64,000 bases of DNA from the IMG/VR virus record IMGVR_UViG_3300025141_000021. One strand, written 5' to 3'. The notes beneath the pieces are model-generated. The model was not told the origin of the DNA, did no database searches, and saw only the letters and a list, made by a program, of their open reading frames with translations. Each line of letters opens with the position of its first letter. The stretch's first letter is position 1. The DNA comes from a virus. Made by a program: the position numbers and the translations under genes. This document shows positions 42,924 through 51,145 of the stretch, piece by piece.

Positions 42924-44838
42924 TCTCGCGTGACTCCAAACCTGAAATTAATTGTTTAACCTCGCGCTTAACTTCAAACAAATTTTTCTCTTCAGTATAA
43001 GTAGGCTCCAAGTTCTCATTTATCCCATACATTGCACTTCTTAAGCCCATCAAATCTGAAAAGCCTTTAAAAGTATTTCTTCTTGTTGCTCTAGCCGTTT
43101 CATCCGAATATTGGCCTCTAGAGCTTCGCGTTCTAGCTCCTTGGTCTCTCTTATCGCTTTTGACGGGATGATATATCTTACCTTTTGCGCCGGGAGTTAA
43201 ATATCCATCTTCGCGTTTTCCTGGTGCAGCTAGAAGAGTTTCTTCTTCGCCGGTGTCGGCGGCCTCAAGTTCACCACCTTCTTCGCCACCTAAGCCTTCA
43301 AGGCCCTCTTCGCCACCCAAACCTTCAAGGCCCTCTTCGTCGCCTAAGCCTTCAAGACCCCCAAGGCCACCTGCTGCTTCTGCAGCGGCGGCTTCGGCAA
43401 TTGCCTCAAGCGAAGCTTCAAACTTCTTGTCATAGAACATTTCTCGTTGATTACGAAGGAACTCTTCATCAGACATATTAAACATCTTGTTGGCAATCCA
43501 GCGCTTAGAAAAGAAGCCTTCCGTTGCCGAAGCTGCAGTATCAAACTTGGTTTTCCAATGTTCAAGTTCTTGAAGTTCTGCAATCTTAGACGGGTTATTT
43601 AACGATAATTTAAAGTTTACTAAATCGTCCCCCTTAAACCCTAGAGTGTATAGATGAACAATACCAATCTTCTCAAGCTCTGTTAACATTGCTCTTTGTA
43701 ATCTTTGAATTGTCCTAGCAAAACGGATATCTTTTTGAGCTAAAGTTGTTTTGTCCTCGTCACTGTCTTCACCTCTAGAAAGATAAGCCTGTGGAACCTT
43801 AAGCGCTGAAAACAGTTTGTCTCTCAGATATTTAACATCATCAATGTCGCCAGTGTATGAGCCGCCAGTCAGGTTTTCGATCTTTGTATTTGAAGTGCCG
43901 CGGACAGGCAAAAAATAATCTTCTTCAATTGATAAAGGATTATAACGAAGATCTACGCGGCCAGTTGATGTATCAACAATTTGATGTCGCTTCATTGATG
44001 AAATAACTTTTTGTATATATTGTTCAACATCTTGTGGAGCGATGTTGCCAACATCAATATAAAATACTCTTCTATCCGGGGCACGGACAATTCTATAGGC
44101 CATCATCGCGTCTTCTAGAAGTACAAGTTGTCTCCAAATACGACGAGCAGCATCAAGGGTCGACGTTCCATATGGTGCGAACTTATCATTGCCAAGAATT
44201 CTAAAATGTGCAACTTGCCAATTCTCAAATGTCATCCCAGCCGAGTTCCACTGAAACTGAACATAATTTGGATTTGTCTTGTCTTCGCCTTCAAGCCTCT
44301 CAAGCTCATTCGTTGGCAGGCCCAGTACGTTGGTTACACCAAGTTCTTCATCCAAATCCATATAAAGGAAGAAGTCGCCAAATTTGCACATTGTTCGACA
44401 CCAACCAAACAGGTTGAACTCAATGTTCATGATGTTATAATAGAGTGACTGAAGTACTGCTTTAATTTCTTCGTTCGGGCATGCGATTGTTAGTAGGGGC
44501 TGCAGTTGACTTGAGGTTGTCATTTCATCGGCATATATATCAAGTGCCGATGCAATTTCTGGCATGTATTCCATCTGATCAAAGTCCACGTATCTTTCGA
44601 TACGGCTTTGATTCATCATTACTGGATGGCTTAAATTACCAAATGGATCGTAAGCTGCTCGTTTAAACTGTTGACCGCTCGCAGATCTAAACCTGCTAGA
44701 GTGTTTGTCCATCTGCCATCGTTTTTCGCGACGGGCTTGCTCTGCTCGATAATTAACCAGGGGTCCAGAAAATAATCTGGTTAGTGATTTGAATAATGTG
44801 CTTCCTTGATTTCTTGGATTTCTTTTTTGATCAGCCAT
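42907..44838 (-). CDS. gp20: Portal protein (T4 gp20-like)
   Basis: EIASALDIYADE, LLEDAMMAYRIVRAP.RRVFYIDVGN, EEDYFLP and DVKYLRDKLFSALKVP. Confidence 0.95.
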   Translation of the reverse strand: MADQKRNPRNQGSTLFKSLTRLFSGPLVNYRAEQARREKRWQMDKHSSRFRSASGQQFKRAAYDPFGNLSHPVMMNQSRIERYVDFDQMEYMPEIASALDIYADEMTTSSQLQPLLTIACPNEEIKAVLQSLYYNIMNIEFNLFGWCRTMCKFGDFFLYMDLDEELGVTNVLGLPTNELERLEGEDKTNPNYVQFQWNSAGMTFENWQVAHFRILGNDKFAPYGTSTLDAARRIWRQLVLLEDAMMAYRIVRAPDRRVFYIDVGNIAPQDVEQYIQKVISSMKRHQIVDTSTGRVDLRYNPLSIEEDYFLPVRGTSNTKIENLTGGSYTGDIDDVKYLRDKLFSALKVPQAYLSRGEDSDEDKTTLAQKDIRFARTIQRLQRAMLTELEKIGIVHLYTLGFKGDDLVNFKLSLNNPSKIAELQELEHWKTKFDTAASATEGFFSKRWIANKMFNMSDEEFLRNQREMFYDKKFEASLEAIAEAAAAEAAGGLGGLEGLGDEEGLEGLGGEEGLEGLGGEEGGELEAADTGEEETLLAAPGKREDGYLTPGAKGKIYHPVKSDKRDQGARTRSSRGQYSDETARATRRNTFKGFSDLMGLRSAMYGINENLEPTYTEEKNLFEVKREVKQLISGLESRENEDET

Positions 44839-44840
44839 TT

Positions 44841-46427
44841 TTAACCTTTATAAAGCCATGAGTGTTGTTTGGCTTCTTCCGTTTCTTCGTTTATTCTATC
44901 ATTATCTAATGATTTTTTATAGCCATGCATGCCAGGAATAATAGTTTGTATTCTTGTATCCGTTTTTACCATACAATTTAAAAACGCCTTGTTGTATTCT
45001 AAATCTCGTTGATTCGTTGTTAATGCTGTGTCTTTAACCCAACAGCTTATTGCAAAAGCCATGACGAGATCGTCATTATATCCTCGCATTGCCTGGGGTT
45101 TGCTGTTATTCCATATAAATGTTTTCAATTCATTTGCCATCCTTGAAGAAGGTGTTTTAATTAGTTTATTTCTTATAAACTCTTCCATTTTTGCGATTAT
45201 CAGCGGGCGCGTTTTAAGCGAAGTTGTAAAGCCGGCTATCGATCCCTTTCTAGTCTCAGCCTCAAGTTGATCAACATACTCATGTGTCGATTTAACTGAA
45301 TGATAAACATTTGGATATTCAGCGCCAATAATCTTTTCCAAGACCGCATAACCAATATTGTTATTTTCAATAACAATCATACAATTTCCATATTCTTTTC
45401 CGACCTCTTGCAAAAAATTGGCAAAAATATCTGTATTTGGTTTTCCTTGATATTCTGCAACAACATTCAAATCTTCTAACTTTATCACATGAAAAACAGA
45501 ATAGTCTTGTCCATCTCCCCTGGCCACATCCGCAGTTAATAAATAAGAATTCTCTGGCCTAAATTCTTCCCAAATCCAAAAGTTTCTATCAAAGCCGGTT
45601 CTATATTTTGGTTCTTTAATGTTGGACATCATCCACTCTAAATCATCAGGATGGACCACTGTCTCGCCAGAAGTGTTAAAGTTACATTCAAGTTCTTGCG
45701 CAATTTCTCTGCGTGACATATTGCGCGTCTCTTTAGCGAACCAAGGTTGGTCGCGATCTGGGTGTACTTGCCATGGCAATATTGTAGGATAAAAGTCATT
45801 CTTTTGCTCTTCAGAATCAATATATGTTTGATGAAACCAATTGCCAACACCGTTTGGGGTTGATAGTGCAATGCATCGACCACCTGTAGAAAGCGTAGGA
45901 TAAAGACCGGTCCATAGTTCTTCTAGGCCCTCAACGTGAGCAGCCTCATCAATCACTAATAAAGATAGTGCCTCTGAACGACCAGCATCCCCGGAAGTTG
46001 ATGATGCCTTAATCTGTGAGCCGTTAGCTAGTTCGAATGATGTTCTATTATCAATTGTAATATCTGCTATTTTTATCCACGGCGGAAGGTTTTTAATTAT
46101 GGATTTAACTTTCTTAACTAAGTTTGCCGCTGTGCTGAATTTTGTAGCAATAACAAGGACGTTCTTATCGCGATGAAACAATAGCATCCAAACGATATAT
46201 GCGGCAACAGTGGTTGATATTCCCAGCTGTCGAGCTTTTAATATAACGTTAAACCGATGATCGTTAAAATCGTTTATAAGTTGTTCTTGAAAATCATATG
46301 TTTTGAAAGGTATCAAGCCACGCATTGGGTGGGAAATTTTAGCATAATTGTTTATAAAGTAGGACGGGTCTTTGCCTGCTTTTATAACCTCTCTAACAAT
46401 TTCTTTTTTGGTGAGTTGATACGACAT
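44841..46427 (-). CDS. gp17: Terminase large subunit (gp17-like)
   Basis: ILKARQLGIST (Walker A), LVIDEAAH (Walker B), LSTPNG, TADVARGDG.DYS, IENNNIG and NDDLVMA. Confidence 0.96.
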   Translation of the reverse strand: MSYQLTKKEIVREVIKAGKDPSYFINNYAKISHPMRGLIPFKTYDFQEQLINDFNDHRFNVILKARQLGISTTVAAYIVWMLLFHRDKNVLVIATKFSTAANLVKKVKSIIKNLPPWIKIADITIDNRTSFELANGSQIKASSTSGDAGRSEALSLLVIDEAAHVEGLEELWTGLYPTLSTGGRCIALSTPNGVGNWFHQTYIDSEEQKNDFYPTILPWQVHPDRDQPWFAKETRNMSRREIAQELECNFNTSGETVVHPDDLEWMMSNIKEPKYRTGFDRNFWIWEEFRPENSYLLTADVARGDGQDYSVFHVIKLEDLNVVAEYQGKPNTDIFANFLQEVGKEYGNCMIVIENNNIGYAVLEKIIGAEYPNVYHSVKSTHEYVDQLEAETRKGSIAGFTTSLKTRPLIIAKMEEFIRNKLIKTPSSRMANELKTFIWNNSKPQAMRGYNDDLVMAFAISCWVKDTALTTNQRDLEYNKAFLNCMVKTDTRIQTIIPGMHGYKKSLDNDRINEETEEAKQHSWLYKG

Positions 46428-46435
46428 ACATGGCC

Positions 46436-46726
46436 TTAGACGCTTTCTTCTCCTGGCGGAATCTCATCTGCATCTTCGTGACCATGTATAGCAGCAGTTT
46501 CCTCCTCTTTCATACGAGAGATAAGGCCTAGGGCAAATTCACGAAGATAGTCTTCAAGCCACATTGGCGGTGCCTCGCCGGCAACTGAAGCCTGTGCGCG
46601 GGCCAGCCCGGGGTCACCTGGTGGTCCTCCACCTTGTTCGCCCCCAATATCAAATTCTTCTAGCTTGGAGTGCTCTTTCACCTCTTCTTTAATAATTTCT
46701 TTTAGTCTTTGTCGGGTAAGTTTCAT
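46436..46726 (-). CDS. Small leader-bearing protein (MKLTRQRLKEIIKEE...)
   Basis: Shared N-terminal motif; coupled ORF. Confidence 0.75.
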   Translation of the reverse strand: MKLTRQRLKEIIKEEVKEHSKLEEFDIGGEQGGGPPGDPGLARAQASVAGEAPPMWLEDYLREFALGLISRMKEEETAAIHGHEDADEIPPGEESV

Positions 46727-46727
46727 T

Positions 46728-47288
46728 TTATTGCTTCCCCTTGCGTGTCACATTTTTTGATTTCATGGCGCCAGGATATGTGTCTTTGCCAATTGCTAAC
46801 CACTTTTTGATTGCATCATCAACGTTATCTTCTGAGCCGGGAGCAATTTCTTCAACGTTAGACATGCCGCCAACGTTGTACCACTGAATTGCTCTTACGT
46901 CGGTTCTGCGACGAGATATTGGCTCGACACGAATATCGGGTTCTCCATCGGCAGTTATACTTAAAGCATTGCCAGTAACATTTTTATATTCTTTTCTCAT
47001 ATATTTGGCAATATCTTTTAATCTTCCAATAATCTCGTTTTCAAATCCATTTTCATGAACCTCTTTTAAGTTGGCCTGAGAATGATAAAGTATACGAAGA
47101 CGAGGACCAGCCATGCTGACCGTAAATCCGTCCATTGTTCTAGAATCTAAAATTGGATCGCCCTGTTCTCTCTTAAGGCCGGCCTTTCGGGCTTTGCCAT
47201 CAGCCATATATCGTTCATCATGTGATCCATCATAGGCGTTGGCTGCAGCCTGTGATATTCCTTTTAGTATTTCGTCTGGTGTCGGCAT
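46728..47288 (-). CDS. Hypothetical 186-aa protein
   Basis: Tightly packed minus-strand ORF. Confidence 0.7.
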   Translation of the reverse strand: MPTPDEILKGISQAAANAYDGSHDERYMADGKARKAGLKREQGDPILDSRTMDGFTVSMAGPRLRILYHSQANLKEVHENGFENEIIGRLKDIAKYMRKEYKNVTGNALSITADGEPDIRVEPISRRRTDVRAIQWYNVGGMSNVEEIAPGSEDNVDDAIKKWLAIGKDTYPGAMKSKNVTRKGKQ

Positions 47289-47614
47289 TATCGGTTAACT
47301 CCTAATTCAATATCCATGGCTTCTTCTGCAGCGCGGCGTACCTCGGCTGGATCCATCCCTTCTTTTTCTACATAGTCTTGCATAAGATCGCCCAACACAT
47401 AAACCAGATTTTCGTAGGTGCTGTAGTGGTCTTCGGGCATGCTCATTTCTCCGGTCTGGGCGTCGACCCATGGACCCGGGTGCGGCGTAGGTCCGGGTCT
47501 GGTTCCTTTTTCTTCTTCAAGCCCTCCGCCGCGAGGCGCGGTCTCTTCCAAGAAATATCTCGGATCAATCCGTCGTTTGCGTTTTGTTGGTTTTGACCAT
47601 CTGTGAGCTGCCAT
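47288..47614 (-). CDS. Hypothetical 108-aa protein
   Basis: Basic N-terminus, DPRYFLEE, then acidic body. Confidence 0.65.
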   Translation of the reverse strand: MAAHRWSKPTKRKRRIDPRYFLEETAPRGGGLEEEKGTRPGPTPHPGPWVDAQTGEMSMPEDHYSTYENLVYVLGDLMQDYVEKEGMDPAEVRRAAEEAMDIELGVNR

Positions 47615-47617
47615 AAT

Positions 47618-47998
47618 TTATTCTCCTTGTGGGCGCCATCCGGTTGTCCATCGTTCTTCCCGAAACTCAACCCACTGAACGTAACATTTATGACAACAAT
47701 CGTATCTGTTCATATAAATGTCGTCTTGTGAGTTAAAAGAATAAACTTTGCACACAGGACAAGTACGGTTTGACTCTTTATTAAGTAGCTTTTTAGAAAC
47801 TAAAAATCCGTTTATTTCTACTTTTTCCTTTTTCTCGCTTAGCTTCTGTTCTTTTAATGAAGCGCGCTTTAATTGTTCATTATATTGTTTCTCTTTTTCT
47901 TCGCTCCAGCCGGCTTTTGGATTTTGTACAGCTTCTTTCCCATATTTCTGTGCAATTGCTTTTTCAAGATTTGCAATGTAGTTTTGATCTTTTTTCAT
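47618..47998 (-). CDS. Hypothetical zinc-finger protein (126 aa)
   Basis: CPVC...DCCHKC cysteine cluster. Confidence 0.7.
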   Translation of the reverse strand: MKKDQNYIANLEKAIAQKYGKEAVQNPKAGWSEEKEKQYNEQLKRASLKEQKLSEKKEKVEINGFLVSKKLLNKESNRTCPVCKVYSFNSQDDIYMNRYDCCHKCYVQWVEFREERWTTGWRPQGE

Positions 47999-48012
47999 TT
48001 TTCATTTTAAAG

Positions 48013-48486
48013 TTACTTGCCTACTTGTACGGCCGCGGCAAAAGTCCCAAGAGCCAAGGCCATTCCCAAAGCCATGCCTCCTGCAAAAATCCATGGAGCG
48101 GCTGCCCTTTGTTTGCTTGTTTTCATTACAAGATCGTGAAGCCTCTGATTCTCTGCTGCTTTAAGTGCCATCATTGATTCGTGTCGTTCTTTCCAGCTTT
48201 CAATCGTAATATCTTTTGTATCTAATTCTAACTTAAAACGAGTTTGCTGTAATTCAAGCTCATAATTCACACGAAGATCACATTCAAGATCTTCAAATTT
48301 TTTATCGGTAATTATTTTGGCAGCCGCATTCGGAGAAAGAAGTACTCCTGCAAATGGGGCAATATCCCCTAGTTCAAGATTTATTATATCTATATTTGCC
48401 GCTTCTTCTGTTTCTTCTTCAGCAAAGGCGGCGAGGGGAAAAGCTAAATTAAAGATTAATATCAGTGATAAAAATTTTTTAACCAT
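48013..48486 (-). CDS. Exported coiled-coil protein with C-terminal membrane anchor (spanin-like partner; start MVKKFL)
   Basis: Signal peptide (..FPLAAFA-EE), coiled coil and C-terminal hydrophobic helix; overlaps the upstream TM gene. Confidence 0.55.
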   Translation of the reverse strand: MVKKFLSLILIFNLAFPLAAFAEEETEEAANIDIINLELGDIAPFAGVLLSPNAAAKIITDKKFEDLECDLRVNYELELQQTRFKLELDTKDITIESWKERHESMMALKAAENQRLHDLVMKTSKQRAAAPWIFAGGMALGMALALGTFAAAVQVGK

Positions 48487-48901
48487 GTTCGAAACCATAC
48501 AATCTGGCTAGCTCTCTAGAAAGCCTCTCTGGGTCATTATAACCTTGCTCGACCAATTTTTTAAGCTCTCTCTTTTTCGCTGAACTTAATTTCTTTTCTT
48601 CTTCTGCCAGCTTGCCTTCAACCTTTTCAAGGTTTTTATTGTATTCTTTTAAAATGGTATCCCTTTTTTCAATCTCATTTTGATGAATTTTATCAACTAT
48701 CTCTATTTGATTTTCATAATCTTTTTTAGAATTTTCTATATAATCTAATAATGCGGTAAGAAATACTTGTTTTCTCGTTAAAGCCCACAATAAAAGCCCA
48801 ACAGCTATTAATAGTGTTACAAATGGTATCTGCCAATGTGATTTAAGCCAGAGCCATGTTTTCTTTAATTTATTTTTTAATACCAAAAAACCGATAGTCA
48901 T
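48479..48901 (-). CDS. N-terminal TM + coiled-coil protein (i-spanin/Rz-like)
   Basis: Single TM segment (IPFVTLLIAVGLLLWAL) followed by a long charged helix. Confidence 0.55.
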   Translation of the reverse strand: MTIGFLVLKNKLKKTWLWLKSHWQIPFVTLLIAVGLLLWALTRKQVFLTALLDYIENSKKDYENQIEIVDKIHQNEIEKRDTILKEYNKNLEKVEGKLAEEEKKLSSAKKRELKKLVEQGYNDPERLSRELARLYGFEHG

Positions 48902-48903
48902 TA

Positions 48904-49737
48904 CTAATCTGCTTTCTTTTCAGGAGCAGCGGGCCTCTCAATATTAAATGGCGATTCTTTTGTTTTGCCCGGGCGCGCCATTCGTCCCATAAATCTTTGA
49001 GCGATATCAATACTTGTGGGGTCAACCCCTGTAACTGCGGAAGCTAAAAAGTCCAAACTTCTATCTAGATTATCAATACCTACCAACAATTTGCTAAGCA
49101 CTTTTTCAAGATTTTGAAATTGGTTTTGTGATGCCTGGGACATGCCGTGATCATCTCCATTGAATTCGGCTAAAGTATTTTCAAGCTCTTCTCTGATGAT
49201 TTCTTCTAATCCTAAATCAGTGTTACCCCGAGGCGCTGCGGCGGGTTCGCCCTCATCTTCTATCTGAAATTCAACGCCAAATTTATCTTTAAGGCCTTTT
49301 TTAATGATATCGAGCGCTTCACCTTGTTGAATTGATGCTAATAGTTCGTGGGCTGTTTTAAAATCTCCGGTGCCGGCCGCATATATTATAGCCTGCAATA
49401 AGCCAGTCCTAGTTTCTTCAACCAATGGCCCAAGCTCTTCTTTTATTAAACCAAAAAGATTTTCTAAACGGGTCCGAGCTTCTTGTAATCCATGCATAGA
49501 TCTGTCTCGCCCGCCCGGGCGCAGCTGACTAAACATGGCAACCAACTCGTTAGCCTGTTGATTAATCATTTGAATTCCAACAAAAAGCTGATTTAACATT
49601 TCAGCAGCCCCTTTTGGATCTATCTGAATTTTTTGAAAAGCAAGAGTGCCTGCCCCCTGAGACTCGGGATCGGCTTCATCTAGCTTTTCTAGTTCTTCTT
49701 TAACGATTTCTTTTAGTCTAGATCTGGCAATTTTCAT
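48904..49737 (-). CDS. 277-aa protein with three leader-like motifs
   Basis: MKIARSRLKEIVKEEL; RLENLFGLIKEEL; LEEIIREEL. Confidence 0.75.
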   Translation of the reverse strand: MKIARSRLKEIVKEELEKLDEADPESQGAGTLAFQKIQIDPKGAAEMLNQLFVGIQMINQQANELVAMFSQLRPGGRDRSMHGLQEARTRLENLFGLIKEELGPLVEETRTGLLQAIIYAAGTGDFKTAHELLASIQQGEALDIIKKGLKDKFGVEFQIEDEGEPAAAPRGNTDLGLEEIIREELENTLAEFNGDDHGMSQASQNQFQNLEKVLSKLLVGIDNLDRSLDFLASAVTGVDPTSIDIAQRFMGRMARPGKTKESPFNIERPAAPEKKAD

Positions 49738-50018
49738 TATTTTTCCGCCAATGAAGCATCAGCCTTTTCCAGCAACCCACCTAGATCATTTTTATATGCA
49801 ATACCTTCTTCAGTCACCGGATTCCAAGTATCATATAAAGTTTGCAATTCGTGAAATGATACCGATAAATCTCTAACTTTCTCCAAGCCAACTGAAGGAG
49901 CTTCCCTTTCCCAGCCCGGGCCTGTCGGATCTGGAAGATTTTCTAGTTCCCCGCGGGGAAGCCATTCTCTTAGCTCTTTCCTTACTAATTCTTTTAGTGT
50001 TTCTTTCGTAAGCTTCAT
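49737..50018 (-). CDS. Small leader-bearing protein (MKLTKETLKELVRKEL)
   Basis: Shared N-terminal motif. Confidence 0.75.
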   Translation of the reverse strand: MKLTKETLKELVRKELREWLPRGELENLPDPTGPGWEREAPSVGLEKVRDLSVSFHELQTLYDTWNPVTEEGIAYKNDLGGLLEKADASLAEK

Positions 50019-50242
50019 CGTCTGCCTTCTCTACCAAAATGCGTCTGCAGTATTGTCATTAATTTGCCTAGTTTACCCTCAAGATCTGTTATGCGAAGAC
50101 TGAGTTTATCATATAGTTCCATAACAAGCGGATCTGGCGACTGGAAGGTTCCTCTCTGACTGGGATCATAATGCCCAGCCAGGCCTCCTTCTTTAATTTC
50201 TTCTCTGATAATACCTTCTAATTCTGATTTAGTAATTTTCAC
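50015..50242 (-). CDS. Small leader-bearing protein (MKITKSELEGIIREEI)
   Basis: Shared N-terminal motif. Confidence 0.75.
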   Translation of the reverse strand: MKITKSELEGIIREEIKEGGLAGHYDPSQRGTFQSPDPLVMELYDKLSLRITDLEGKLGKLMTILQTHFGREGRR

Positions 50243-50517
50243 TGGTCTAGTCCCTCCCGACTATAAATTATAACATCTCGTTCCGACCCATCTACGTATT
50301 CAGCCGCCTGTCTTAAAACATCTGAAATTTTCATATCTTGAAATATTGGCGGATGTTCTGGGAGAAGGTCTCTTTCTATAAATCTGACAATTCCACTATA
50401 GAACATATCCGCAACAGACCGAACATGTCTCGACAATGCATCCGGCGCAACTTCTGGGGCCTCTTCCTCCATTACTTCTTTAATAACTTTCTTTAAGTCC
50501 ACTCTTGTAAGCTTCAT
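50239..50517 (-). CDS. Small leader-bearing protein (MKLTRVDLKKVIKEVMEE)
   Basis: Shared N-terminal motif. Confidence 0.75.
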   Translation of the reverse strand: MKLTRVDLKKVIKEVMEEEAPEVAPDALSRHVRSVADMFYSGIVRFIERDLLPEHPPIFQDMKISDVLRQAAEYVDGSERDVIIYSREGLDQ

Positions 50518-50933
50518 CTTTTAGGGCCTCCGTATTTTTTTTTATCTTGGTTCAATAAACCAATCATATATCTAGCAACGTCTTTAGCAATGAAGACAAC
50601 GGCTTCAGGAACATAACCCTCATCCTCAACTATTGGCTCGGTTACTCTAGATATTGCCTTTGCCAATTTATATTCTAATGTAGCATATGGCTTAGTAGGA
50701 AATTTCTCATATTCTTTTTTATATATCTCCGCCTCTTGAAGGATTATTTCCTTTAATTCAAATTTTGTAATTTTGTTTGTTTTGTCGATAGATTCATTTG
50801 CATGAGTATGCAAAGCTGCAAGATAATCTTTAACTGGACCATCCGTGCATCCTACTTTTTTATCGTTTTCTTTTTTATACACGCAAGTTTTTCCCTTATC
50901 TTTGCCGGCGCCTTTTCTTGAATAATAGGGCAT
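50514..50933 (-). CDS. 139-aa protein with internal leader-like motif (KITKFELKEIILQE)
   Basis: Basic/Cys-containing N-terminal module followed by the motif. Confidence 0.7.
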   Translation of the reverse strand: MPYYSRKGAGKDKGKTCVYKKENDKKVGCTDGPVKDYLAALHTHANESIDKTNKITKFELKEIILQEAEIYKKEYEKFPTKPYATLEYKLAKAISRVTEPIVEDEGYVPEAVVFIAKDVARYMIGLLNQDKKKYGGPKR

Positions 50934-50934
50934 T

Positions 50935-51117
50935 TTACGCGCCTCTTAGTTTCGCAACTGTATCAACAACGGTTTGGCCTCCGATATAAACACAGGTGAT
51001 TATAACCCAATCACCGGATGTTAGATCTGCAAAAGCCAGCAAACCAGTTGCTGTCACCCAGGCTAATAGCTTTCTGGATATGAGCTTGTTTAAGCCCTTG
51101 TCGAGTACATGTCGCAT
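50935..51117 (-). CDS. Putative holin (60 aa, 2 TM)
   Basis: SRKLLAWVTATGLL...DWVIITCVYIGGQ: two short hydrophobic helices with basic termini; own late motif. Confidence 0.55.
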   Translation of the reverse strand: MRHVLDKGLNKLISRKLLAWVTATGLLAFADLTSGDWVIITCVYIGGQTVVDTVAKLRGA

Positions 51118-51133
51118 AATAAACCTCTACTAT

Positions 51134-51142
51134 ATAAGTAGT
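51134..51142 (-). promoter_or_regulatory. Putative late promoter ACTACTTAT
   Basis: Intergenic motif upstream of the GAGG RBS; heads the holin/leader-protein/terminase run. Confidence 0.55.
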
Positions 51143-51145
51143 TGC

